From positions 1-64,000 of the IMG/VR virus record IMGVR_UViG_3300045988_123515: a stretch of DNA of 64,000 nt; one strand, written 5' to 3'. Both the position numbers and the translations under genes were made by a program. Origin of the DNA: a virus. Shown piece after piece: positions 16,845-25,615 of the stretch (the first letter of the stretch is position 1; each line of letters opens with the position of its first letter). The notes beneath the pieces were generated by a model that did no database searches, was not told where the DNA came from, and saw only the letters and a program-made list of their open reading frames with translations.

Positions 16845-16983
16845 CGATGAATGTTCCAAATGCGGGAATATCCTTGAATGCGAATTATTCCGACAAGGAC
16901 ATGGAATAAAGCAGGAACGTGAGAATGTAGCAAAGATGATCGAGTGCCAGATGAAGCACAGGGAGGAAAGAGAAAATGAATAA
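16828..16983 (+). CDS. small Cys-containing protein (51 aa)
   Basis: Internal Met of track ORF 16735 (MGKEINDECSKCGNILECELF..). The part of that ORF upstream of this Met overlaps the 16683 gene in another frame. Confidence 0.4.
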   Translation: MGKEINDECSKCGNILECELFRQGHGIKQERENVAKMIECQMKHREERENE

Positions 16984-17683
16984 ACCGGAAGTTTTTAAAA
17001 ATGCAGAATTAGGTTCTGTACGTGTAGTGATGGTTGAGGAAGTGCCATATTTCGTTGGAAAAGACGTTGCAGAAATATTGGGATATAAAGATACATCAGA
17101 TGCAATAAAGAGACATGTGGATGATGAAGATAAGCTGACAAGGCGTTTCACCGACTCAGGTCAAAGCCGTGAAATGTACATCGTTAATGAATCTGGTCTT
17201 TACAGCCTTATTCTTTCGAGCAAGCTTCCGTCCGCTAAACATTTTAAAAAGTGGGTAACATCGGAAGTGTTACCGTCAATCCGCAAACACGGCATATATG
17301 CCACTGATAACGTGATTGATAACATTCTGAACAATCCAGACTTCGGCATCGAGCTTCTGACTAAACTAAAAGAAGAACGTGCTGCAAGAGTAGAATCCGA
17401 AAGGAGGAATGCTATTCTGATGCACGTAAACAAAACTTATACCATTACCGAGATTGCAAAGGAACTGGGACTGAAATCAGCGATGCAGCTCAACCGGATT
17501 CTGGCAGAGAAAAAGATACAGTATCAGGTGAACGGTACGTGGTTGATGTACTCCAATTACAGTGACTGCGGATATGAAGAAATCAAACAGGAAGTGTTGG
17601 ATTCAGGAAAGGTAATCTACCATAGACGGATTACACAAATGGGACGGGAGTTCATTCTTGGATTATTTGAGAAGACGGATTGA
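16976..17683 (+). CDS. antirepressor, Bro-N domain + KilAC-type C-terminal domain
   Basis: FKNAELGSVRVVMVEEVPYFVGKDVAEILGY..SDAIKRHVD..ESGLYSLILSSKLPSAKHFKKWVTSEVLPSIRKHG is a classic BRO-N sequence. The C-terminus (TITEIAKELGLKSAMQLNRIL) is KilAC-like. Confidence 0.8.
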   Translation: MNKPEVFKNAELGSVRVVMVEEVPYFVGKDVAEILGYKDTSDAIKRHVDDEDKLTRRFTDSGQSREMYIVNESGLYSLILSSKLPSAKHFKKWVTSEVLPSIRKHGIYATDNVIDNILNNPDFGIELLTKLKEERAARVESERRNAILMHVNKTYTITEIAKELGLKSAMQLNRILAEKKIQYQVNGTWLMYSNYSDCGYEEIKQEVLDSGKVIYHRRITQMGREFILGLFEKTD

Positions 17684-17702
17684 GTGTGAATGGAGGATTG
17701 TT

Positions 17703-18044
17703 ATGAGAATTGAAGATTTGAAGAGTTGGACAGTAGATCAGTTGAAAGAAGAGGTTGTTCGATTGGCTGATGAGAGCGAAGCAAAGCAACATGAAATTCT
17801 GAACAAAAATAAGAAAATCAATGAGCTTCAGGCTAAACTGGATAATATGTGTGCTTATAATAACGAGTTAAAAAGACAGGCGGACGAAAAGACAGATACA
17901 CCATTTTACGACGAATCTATAGAAATCGCAAAATATCACAGACAGCATCAGTCCGATTGCATCACAATCAATCAGCTTCAGACTGCATTGGACGTAATAG
18001 TTGACCGATATGCAAATCTAAGAAAGATTCATGGGGTGAGCTGA
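17703..18044 (+). CDS. hypothetical coiled-coil protein
   Basis: Met 17703 follows GGAGG, within track ORF 17658. Confidence 0.45.
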   Translation: MRIEDLKSWTVDQLKEEVVRLADESEAKQHEILNKNKKINELQAKLDNMCAYNNELKRQADEKTDTPFYDESIEIAKYHRQHQSDCITINQLQTALDVIVDRYANLRKIHGVS

Positions 18045-18045
18045 T

Positions 18046-18351
18046 ATGGGCGAGAAAGACAAATCAAAGCTTTTCTTTATAGGCGATAAAGAGGTAGAAA
18101 TTTCTGGAATACCAGAATTTCCGGGAGATTTGATTGAGTGTTCACTACGATCTGTTGAAAAAGAAGATAATTTGCTTTTATGCGACGGAAAAGCAGTCAA
18201 ACTTGAAATGAAACATGCATTATCAAACAAAATATTGTATTCGTTAATTTTCCCAAATCGAATAAATCAGAATAATTTTCGCAGAATGCATGGAATCCCT
18301 ATGATACGTAGAGTTGCAGGACGAAAAGGAGTGAGAAAAAAGGAGCATTAA
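18046..18351 (+). CDS. hypothetical protein
   Basis: ORF track. Confidence 0.45.
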   Translation: MGEKDKSKLFFIGDKEVEISGIPEFPGDLIECSLRSVEKEDNLLLCDGKAVKLEMKHALSNKILYSLIFPNRINQNNFRRMHGIPMIRRVAGRKGVRKKEH

Positions 18352-18391
18352 ATCAGCATTTGAATCCGAAGGAATAAATTTTTCTGAATAC

Positions 18392-18574
18392 ATGAACCCA
18401 CCTGAGCTGTGGGACGGACGGGCATTAATAAAGAACATCAATGGCAAACTGTGGTATTGTTGCCCTTTTTGCGAGAAGAAAGCACTTCTGATTAGCCAAG
18501 AGACAAAAATTCGGCATCTTAAATTGAAATGCAAGGGTAGCAACTGCAAGAAAGAGTTTGAGGTGAATGTATGA
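18392..18574 (+). CDS. Cys-rich KTR-type zinc-ribbon protein
   Basis: CCPFCEKKALLISQETKIRHLKLKCKGSNCKKEFEVNV resembles the Cys_rich_KTR family pattern. Confidence 0.5.
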   Translation: MNPPELWDGRALIKNINGKLWYCCPFCEKKALLISQETKIRHLKLKCKGSNCKKEFEVNV

Positions 18575-18593
18575 AACTTGGAGGAAGTATTAA

Positions 18594-19229
18594 ATGCAGA
18601 GTATTAGGCTAATTGATAGAGATACAGACATTTCCAAATTAAAAATGCGTCAAATGGACTGGGACACAGTAATTAATAGGAAACCGTATTTTGTCGTTTT
18701 AATAGAAGGTTATATACATACAATCGGTGGAAAATACGGAAATAACAATTTATGGGCTTATCCAAGAAATGAAAAACCAAGTTGTGAGAATCTTGTTCAA
18801 TTCAATGGAGAGCCTGTATGTTGGGGCATAAATTATGCGCCTTACAATCATGCAAGATACAGACACGATGAATTTGAAGCAATAACAATTGGAAACGTGT
18901 TTATAACCAGAAACGGTGAAAAATTCTGTGATGTAAGAGGCAGTATTGAACGTGCGAAGTGCATGATTAATGATTTTTTAGATCACCCAATGAATTTGAA
19001 TGAAATTGATTTTGATAAAAATGTTATCGGAAGAAAAGTTTGGTGGCGTAGCGAACCAGCCGTTGTAACAAGATATATTTCTGGACAGGCGTGTGTCATA
19101 TTGGAACCAGATGGAATACCACAATTTACAACACCGGCAGAATTTGCAGGTGATGGGTGTGAATATTATGTTGATGGTGATGTAAAAGCAGATATTCTTG
19201 ATAAACATATTTGGTGGTTTAGAAAATAA
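18594..19229 (+). CDS. hypothetical protein
   Basis: ORF track. Confidence 0.5.
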   Translation: MQSIRLIDRDTDISKLKMRQMDWDTVINRKPYFVVLIEGYIHTIGGKYGNNNLWAYPRNEKPSCENLVQFNGEPVCWGINYAPYNHARYRHDEFEAITIGNVFITRNGEKFCDVRGSIERAKCMINDFLDHPMNLNEIDFDKNVIGRKVWWRSEPAVVTRYISGQACVILEPDGIPQFTTPAEFAGDGCEYYVDGDVKADILDKHIWWFRK

Positions 19230-19253
19230 TGTAAATTTATTCGAGGTGAATGT

Positions 19254-19532
19254 ATGATATGGAACGAAGAAATATCCTTTGATGGCTTTCAAAAGAAGAT
19301 TGATGAGTGGTACAAGGATAAAGACTTTGAGCTGTGCGACCCACCTATCAGTGCTCAGTTTGCTTTAGACTTAATTTTCAAGACATTAGTAGATGATAGA
19401 GAAGATTATCCGTATCTCACAACTATGTCAGAAAACACAGAACAAACAAATAGCATCATGCTTGATTTGATTCTTCGGAAATACAGTCGTAAATATAGAA
19501 AATACTTGAAATTAAAAAAGAAAAATAAATAA
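19254..19532 (+). CDS. hypothetical protein
   Basis: ORF track. Confidence 0.5.
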   Translation: MIWNEEISFDGFQKKIDEWYKDKDFELCDPPISAQFALDLIFKTLVDDREDYPYLTTMSENTEQTNSIMLDLILRKYSRKYRKYLKLKKKNK

Positions 19533-19552
19533 ACCAGTCAAAGAGCCACATG

Positions 19553-19598
19553 AGAGCCAGACTAAATCCTAAAAGAAAGGAGGTCTGGCTCTATTTTT
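19553..19598 (+). terminator. 10-bp hairpin + T-run immediately upstream of terL start
   Basis: Stem AGAGCCAGAC/GTCTGGCTCT with the terL RBS (AAAGGAGG) in its loop and 3' shoulder. ATTTTT follows, then ATG 19599. Confidence 0.5.
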
Positions 19599-21287
19599 AT
19601 GCAAAAATTCACAGAAGGTTCGCTTGAATGGTATCGGGCAGTCTTAAATCAAATCATCAGTGGTGATATGACAATCTTACAGAATCAGAAGGATTGCCTT
19701 GATTTACTTCTGAATATGAATATTGACCTTCCTTTTAAGGAAAACCTGGATGCACGGAACATGGCAATGAAAGTAAGCAAGTATGCTCATAATACAGCCG
19801 CAAGGCAAGCTGCATTGACGGGAAGTGGCAATTTTGACGATATTTACTGGCAGTATTTATTGATGGAAGCACCATGGCTGTTCGAGAGTTATCTGTACTA
19901 CATGGAAAAGAACAGACAGCCACGCAGAAAATTCTATGAGCCGAGAAAAAAGACGTTGAAAGTTCTCGTGCAGGACTTGCAGGACTTAGAAGACAGGAAG
20001 ATTGAATTTCTGGGTGTATCAATGCCACCCCGAACGGCTAAATCCACTACATGTATTTTCTTCTTGTCCTGGATAATGGGAAAAAGACCAAACAGCCATA
20101 ACGCTATGAGTGGGCATAGTGGAATCCTTGCCGATGGTTTCTATGGGGAAATCCAGAATCTGATTTCAACACCAGAATATACATTTAGTGAAATTTTTCC
20201 AACATCAACATTGGAAAGAAAGTCAGCGGATAAAAAAGAAATCAACTTAGGAGCACCAGACCGATTTTCAACTCTTACTTGCCGTGGTATTGATGGAACA
20301 TGGACAGGTTCCGTAGATATATCTTCGGACGGATATCTTTATGTCGATGACCTTGTTCGCGACAGAACCGAATCTTTAAGCCCTACTCGATTGGAAAACC
20401 GGTATCAGGATTATCTGAACGTTCTGGTTGACCGTAAAAATGACGGTTCAAGAGAATTGATGGTTGGTACTCGATGGAACGTTATGGATCCTCTTGGGAG
20501 AGTAGAAACAGAGAATCAAAGCAATCCATTATACCGATTTAGAAAGATTCCAGCATTGAACGAAGATGGAGAATCTAATTTTGATTACGATTACGGAGTT
20601 GGCTTTTCTACAAAGTATTACGTAGATATGAAAGCCAGACTGGATTCAAATGAATGGCAAGCTAAATATCAGCAGAATCCGTTTATCCGTGAAGGGCTTC
20701 TGTTTCCAACTGATGAACTTAGATTATACAATGGTGTTCTTCCTGATGGAGATAGCAGAGTAGTTACCGCTTGCGACGTTGCATGGGGTGGTGGAGATAG
20801 TCTTTCAATGCCTATTGGGCGAGAATACGAAAATGGAGATGTTTATATTTTTGATTGGGTATTCAATAAAGGCACAAAAGAAACAACACTTCCAATAGTT
20901 GCCGGAAAAATCATGGGAAATGAAATACGGCAGATTAACTTTGAGGCCAATAATGGTGGAGATATGTACAAGATGTACATTGATGAGAAATTAAAGGAAC
21001 AGAAGTATAAATGTAGTTGCACTTCAAGCAGAGCACCTGGGAATATGGAAAAAATGTCAAAGATTATCGCATATTCAGATGATATAAAAAGAAACTTTAT
21101 TTTTTTGGATGCTGAGCATCGGAGCAAAGAGTATCAAGCAGCAATGGATGAACTTACCTTCTTTGTCCAACTCGGAAAGAACACTCATGACGACTCCCCA
21201 GACTCGCTCACTCAGCTTCAAATGTTTATTGAAAAAGGAAATGGATCAGTTGTAAAAGCAGTTCAAAATCCTTTGTGGAGAAGATAA
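19599..21287 (+). CDS. terL: terminase large subunit
   Basis: P-loop-like PPRTAKST, Walker B-like LYVDDLV, and C-terminal nuclease motifs (ACDVAWGGGDS, HDDSPDS). Length 562 aa; lies upstream of the portal gene. Confidence 0.85.
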   Translation: MQKFTEGSLEWYRAVLNQIISGDMTILQNQKDCLDLLLNMNIDLPFKENLDARNMAMKVSKYAHNTAARQAALTGSGNFDDIYWQYLLMEAPWLFESYLYYMEKNRQPRRKFYEPRKKTLKVLVQDLQDLEDRKIEFLGVSMPPRTAKSTTCIFFLSWIMGKRPNSHNAMSGHSGILADGFYGEIQNLISTPEYTFSEIFPTSTLERKSADKKEINLGAPDRFSTLTCRGIDGTWTGSVDISSDGYLYVDDLVRDRTESLSPTRLENRYQDYLNVLVDRKNDGSRELMVGTRWNVMDPLGRVETENQSNPLYRFRKIPALNEDGESNFDYDYGVGFSTKYYVDMKARLDSNEWQAKYQQNPFIREGLLFPTDELRLYNGVLPDGDSRVVTACDVAWGGGDSLSMPIGREYENGDVYIFDWVFNKGTKETTLPIVAGKIMGNEIRQINFEANNGGDMYKMYIDEKLKEQKYKCSCTSSRAPGNMEKMSKIIAYSDDIKRNFIFLDAEHRSKEYQAAMDELTFFVQLGKNTHDDSPDSLTQLQMFIEKGNGSVVKAVQNPLWRR

Positions 21288-21859
21288 TTATGGTAAATAC
21301 ATTGAACAAGCCAGAAGAAGTCGAGTTTAACGGAAAAACATATCGACTTATGGGAGCAAGAAAATACTATCTTTCTTCGTCTACTAAAAACGAAGAACGC
21401 AGACATGCAAAAGGACTTCATGTAGCCATATGGGAATTTTATCATAATCAAAAAGTGCCAACAGAATGCTGCATCCATCACAAAGACGGAAATCCTTTTA
21501 ATAATGATATTAATAACTTGGAATGCGTGAATAAGTCTGAGCATTTTTCTAAACATTCTTTAAATAATTGGAAAAACCCAGAGTTCCGAAAACTTGGCGT
21601 AATAAGCCTAAATAATATACGCAATAAAGCGTCTGAATGGCATAAATCGCCAGAAGGATTGAAATGGCATCAGAAAAATAAAGAAAATTATTCTAAGCCA
21701 GTTGATATGTTTGACACAAACGGAAATAAATTGAATTCTTTTGCAAGCTTGACTGATGCGTCAAGAGAAACAGGAATATCATATTCCGGAATTGCTAAAT
21801 GTGCAAAAGGTGACCTGAAAACATCTGGTGGATTTGTTTGGAAATATAGTAAAAATTGA
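21275..21859 (+). CDS. HNH homing-type endonuclease with C-terminal IENR1/NUMOD-like HTH
   Basis: HHKDGNPFNNDINNLECVNKSEHFSKH (HNH_3-like). C-terminal FASLTDASRETGISYSGIAKCAKG. Overlaps the terL 3' end. Confidence 0.75.
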   Translation: MEKIIMVNTLNKPEEVEFNGKTYRLMGARKYYLSSSTKNEERRHAKGLHVAIWEFYHNQKVPTECCIHHKDGNPFNNDINNLECVNKSEHFSKHSLNNWKNPEFRKLGVISLNNIRNKASEWHKSPEGLKWHQKNKENYSKPVDMFDTNGNKLNSFASLTDASRETGISYSGIAKCAKGDLKTSGGFVWKYSKN

Positions 21860-21882
21860 TTCTTTGGGGAAGGAGATAAGAT

Positions 21883-22302
21883 ATGACAACTCGTCAATAT
21901 TTAAGCCAGATTGAAAAATATGACAATTTGATTCACAACAAAATAATTGAAGAAGAACAACTTAATATCTTATCCATGAGTGTAAAATCCGTCCCGATTG
22001 GAGAAAAAGTGCAGACTTCTTCAAAACAAGACCCAATGGGAGATATGGTTGCAAAGATTATTGATTTACGAGAAGAGATTTCAAAAATGGCAACAGATTT
22101 CTTGGAGCAAAAGCAAGAAATTATCAGAACGATAGAAACGGTAGAAGACCCGATTTTGTACGATGTTCTTTTCAAACGTTATGTGGAATACAAAACGCTT
22201 CTCAATATCGCAGATGAACTTGGATATTCCGAAGTGACTATCAAACGATTACATCTAAAGGCGGTAAAAGCAATAAAAAACATAAAAGGTTTTGAAAGTT
22301 GA
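21883..22302 (+). CDS. DUF1492-type phage transcriptional regulator (sigma-70 region-4-like)
   Basis: YLSQIEKYDNLI..KIIDLREEI..PILYDVLFKRYVEYKTLLNIADELGYSEVTIKRLHLKAVKAI fits the DUF1492 family pattern. Confidence 0.65.
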   Translation: MTTRQYLSQIEKYDNLIHNKIIEEEQLNILSMSVKSVPIGEKVQTSSKQDPMGDMVAKIIDLREEISKMATDFLEQKQEIIRTIETVEDPILYDVLFKRYVEYKTLLNIADELGYSEVTIKRLHLKAVKAIKNIKGFES

Positions 22303-22388
22303 TACCTTTTGATACTGAATGATACTTACCAAATATGTATAATGTAAAGTAAAGCATTGGGCACAAAAACCTGATGCTTTTTTTATTT
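22298..22388 (+). promoter_or_regulatory. late cassette copy 1: GATAC boxes, -10, hairpin + T-run
   Basis: GTTGATAC-N5-GATACTGAATGATAC-N12-TATAAT (22338-22343), then stem AAGCAT/ATGCTT plus T8. Lies upstream of the portal gene. Confidence 0.6.
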
Positions 22389-22411
22389 AATGAAAGGAGT
22401 GTGTAGGTTTA

Positions 22412-23848
22412 TTGGCGAATAAAAGTAATTTCATAAATTTATGCCGTGGGGATTTTGGCAGGAAGATAGCCTACACAGGCATTGAGCAAATTACTTCCGA
22501 CAATGTGGTAAAAGTCGTTTCAGATACTATTGGTACACACAACAGAAACCGAACCATGATTGATTATCTGTACAGGTACTACAAGGGCGATCAGCCTATC
22601 TTGTATCGTGAAAAGCTAGTACGTCCGGAAGTCAATAATAAGGTTTCTGAAAATCATGCACTTGAAACAGTCAAATTCAAGGCAGGACAGATATATGGCG
22701 AACCAATTCAGTTTGTCTGTAAAAAGAAGAATACAAATGCAGAAACTAATGAACAAGTTGATTTGTTGAATGATTATCTGGATGAAGCCAATGCAGATGC
22801 CAGAAACATCCAGCTTGGAATTTACCAAAGTGCAATAGGAACTGCTTATAAAGCCATACTCAGAGAAGACGATTGGACGGAAGACAGCGATATGCCCCCA
22901 TTCAGAATTTTTATTCCATATCCGGGCGATTGCTACATTGTGTATTCCAGAAAAAATGGTAAAGCAATGCTATCCGTACAAGTCCTCAAAGACGAAAACG
23001 AAGAGCAATATTACTTATGCTATTCCAAGAATCAGTTTTATGAAATACAGAATGGAAAAGTAAAAAGGGTTGGAATTAATGGTTTTGGTGGAATTCCAAT
23101 CATCGAATATCCGAACAACCATGACAGGCTATCTGATATTGAAATTGCAATCACATTGTTTGATGCAATTAACAAGTATCAGTCTGATAGGCTGAATGGT
23201 GTTGAGCAATTTGTACAGGCATTCATGAAATTCAAGAACTGCGAGATAGATGAGAATGAATTTCTCAAGATGGTAAAACTTGGCGCTATTTCCGTGAAAG
23301 ATACTGGAAGTGGTTGCCAGTCAGATGTTGAATTAATGACTGCCGAGTTGAATCAGTCTGAAAGCCAGGTTGCCAAAGATGATATATACAACAATATGCT
23401 GATTGTCGAAGCAATGCCAAATAGGCAGAGTAACACAGGAGGCGATACTGGAAACGCAGTGTATCTCAGGAATGGATGGGATTTTGCTGAACGTGATGCA
23501 AAGCTGGTAGAAGCATTTACCAAAGAAGCCGAGAAAGCATCAGTTAGGATTATTCTTAATATCATCCGCAAAACTACCAAAGATATTAAAATAACCACAA
23601 GAGACTTTGATGTAAAAATTACCAGAAACCCAACAGACAACATGCTCGTGAAAGCACAGGCGCTGGATTATCTGGTTAAAAACAAAATACATCCACTCAT
23701 TGCATTGATTACTTGCGGATTATTTAGTGATCCGCAGAAAGTATATGAAATGAGTTTCCCATACATGCAGTCTTTGTATGAGAATCCAGAAGAGGAAGTG
23801 CAGAAAGCACAAGCTCTACTTTCCGGTAAGGATGTGAAAGAAGAATGA
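22412..23848 (+). CDS. portal protein (SPP1 gp6-like)
   Basis: TTG start. Length 478 aa, positioned after terL. YLYRYYKGDQPILYR is a typical N-terminal portal motif. Confidence 0.85.
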   Translation: MANKSNFINLCRGDFGRKIAYTGIEQITSDNVVKVVSDTIGTHNRNRTMIDYLYRYYKGDQPILYREKLVRPEVNNKVSENHALETVKFKAGQIYGEPIQFVCKKKNTNAETNEQVDLLNDYLDEANADARNIQLGIYQSAIGTAYKAILREDDWTEDSDMPPFRIFIPYPGDCYIVYSRKNGKAMLSVQVLKDENEEQYYLCYSKNQFYEIQNGKVKRVGINGFGGIPIIEYPNNHDRLSDIEIAITLFDAINKYQSDRLNGVEQFVQAFMKFKNCEIDENEFLKMVKLGAISVKDTGSGCQSDVELMTAELNQSESQVAKDDIYNNMLIVEAMPNRQSNTGGDTGNAVYLRNGWDFAERDAKLVEAFTKEAEKASVRIILNIIRKTTKDIKITTRDFDVKITRNPTDNMLVKAQALDYLVKNKIHPLIALITCGLFSDPQKVYEMSFPYMQSLYENPEEEVQKAQALLSGKDVKEE

Positions 23849-24480
23849 GTGCAATAACTAACTTTGATGAAATAAATGCACTTGATCAATCCAGACGGAG
23901 TGAGCCATACGAAGAGTATTTTGACAAGATGTCTATTTCTGATAAGCAAAAGAAATTAAGGATAACTTTTTCTGAACGAATGGAAGAAGTTATCCTTTAT
24001 GTTTTGTCACTCATAGACACGATGGTTGAAAATGAAGAGGTTGACCAAGAATATATAGAGAACAGCTTGTACGATGAGTATATCGCAATAGTGGCTGTGT
24101 ATTTCACAGTTGATAGCTACATATCGGGTTATGTTAGGCAGTTCTCACATGATGTTGTCCAATCAACATTCGATCACATTAAAGAAGAATATTATCTTTC
24201 CAGAGACAGAGCAATGTTTATTTCCGAATGCGAAGCCAATACTTCCTTAAATTACAAGGAATATACGGACGCAATCAAAGCAGGAAAAACGCATAAAACA
24301 TGGAAAGACATTGGAGACAGAAGGGAGCGCAGAACACACCTTGAAGTTGGTGGGACAACGATTCCTATAAGAGAGTTATTTGTGGTAGGAAACAGTTTAA
24401 TGCTCTTTCCAAAAGACAATTCCCACAATCCAAGCGCAAAAGAGGTCGTGAACTGCCGATGCTCAATTCAATACAGCTAA
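23845..24480 (+). CDS. minor head / head morphogenesis protein (SPP1 gp7 / Mu F-like)
   Basis: C-terminal RRERRTHLEVGGTTIP..NCRCSIQY motif; positioned after the portal gene. Confidence 0.75.
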   Translation: MSAITNFDEINALDQSRRSEPYEEYFDKMSISDKQKKLRITFSERMEEVILYVLSLIDTMVENEEVDQEYIENSLYDEYIAIVAVYFTVDSYISGYVRQFSHDVVQSTFDHIKEEYYLSRDRAMFISECEANTSLNYKEYTDAIKAGKTHKTWKDIGDRRERRTHLEVGGTTIPIRELFVVGNSLMLFPKDNSHNPSAKEVVNCRCSIQYS

Positions 24481-24482
24481 TC

Positions 24483-24507
24483 AGAGACGAGAAATCGTCT
24501 CTTTTTT
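24483..24507 (+). terminator. intrinsic terminator
   Basis: AGAGACGA-GAAA-TCGTCTCT followed by T5. Confidence 0.7.
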
Positions 24508-24606
24508 AATACATAAAAATAAAATGCATCCCGATAGCGTAATCATGGGAGACACCTTGTGCTGAGCGAACAGCGTTAAAAAGCGTACTGGTGATAGGAG
24601 ATTTCA

Positions 24607-25233
24607 ATGACAAGAGAAGATGTAAAGAAGATTTTTCCAGATGCAACCGATGAACAAATTAGTTCGTTTTTGAATCAGTCCAACTCTGATGTGGCTAGAG
24701 AAAAAGCAAAAGCCCAGAAGCTGAAAGAGGATGCCGACAAGGCAAAAGCACTGGAAGAAGAACTGGAAGAACTGAAAAAGCAAAACATGAGTGAAGCGGA
24801 AAAAGCTGAATTAGAACGCCAGAAAGAGAAAGCTGCAAATGAAAAAAGAATTTCTGATCTTGAAGCAGCACTTGCGACTTCACAAAAAGAAGCGCTCACA
24901 GGAAAAATCACTTCCATTTTTGCAAACGCAGGAATGAAAGGTGATGCCTATGCAGGAGCAATTAAAGCATTTTCAAACATGAATGCAGAAGACGCTCTCA
25001 AAGAAGCCCAGTCTTTTGTTGATGGAATTTCCGAAGTAAATAAAAGCACTCTTGAAACCGCAAAGGCAACATGGGAAAAAGAAGCCCTTGAAAATACGCC
25101 TAATCCAGGCGGTGGATCCGGCGATAACAAGCCAGATAAGAAGAGTGATGCATCTGAATATGCAAAAGCGTACTCAGCAAGAATGAATCCAGAAACCAAA
25201 CCGGCGAACGATAACGCCCCAGTAAATATTTAA
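24607..25233 (+). CDS. scaffolding protein
   Basis: Charged coiled-coil, A/E/K-rich. The position before the capsid gene fits a DUF4355-like scaffold. Confidence 0.65.
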   Translation: MTREDVKKIFPDATDEQISSFLNQSNSDVAREKAKAQKLKEDADKAKALEEELEELKKQNMSEAEKAELERQKEKAANEKRISDLEAALATSQKEALTGKITSIFANAGMKGDAYAGAIKAFSNMNAEDALKEAQSFVDGISEVNKSTLETAKATWEKEALENTPNPGGGSGDNKPDKKSDASEYAKAYSARMNPETKPANDNAPVNI

Positions 25234-25255
25234 TTTTAGTAAAGGAGAAAAAGAT

Positions 25256-25600
25256 ATGGCTTTTATGAAAACCGAGCAGTATGAATCCACCCATAATATC
25301 CTTGAATCTGAGGTTGGATTGGTACTCAAAACTTACACAGCAAATCAGACCAATGCTGAAACAGTTGGAACCAAGAAAATTATCAAAGCAGGGTCTGTAT
25401 ATCCGACAAATGCAACCGGTGCAATCGGCATCGTGTTTGAGGATGTTGATATGACAGATGATGCTAAGAGACCAATTTCTGTGATTGTTGCAGGGCGTGT
25501 TCTTGAGAAAAGACTTCCAGTAACAGTTGATACAACTGCAAAAACAGAACTTGAGAAATCAGGAATCGTTTTTGTAACCACAGAAGACCCAGTATTTTAA
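25256..25600 (+). CDS. hypothetical head protein (possible decoration protein)
   Basis: 114 aa, between the scaffold and capsid genes. No firm motif. Confidence 0.3.
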   Translation: MAFMKTEQYESTHNILESEVGLVLKTYTANQTNAETVGTKKIIKAGSVYPTNATGAIGIVFEDVDMTDDAKRPISVIVAGRVLEKRLPVTVDTTAKTELEKSGIVFVTTEDPVF

Positions 25601-25615
25601 GGAGGTATAGGAAAT

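Noticed and set aside
22352-22385. Shared ACCTG pentamer in the three late-cassette hairpins as a conserved element
   Set aside because: Its position relative to the stems differs between copies, so it may be coincidental. Only the box/-10/hairpin architecture is claimed.
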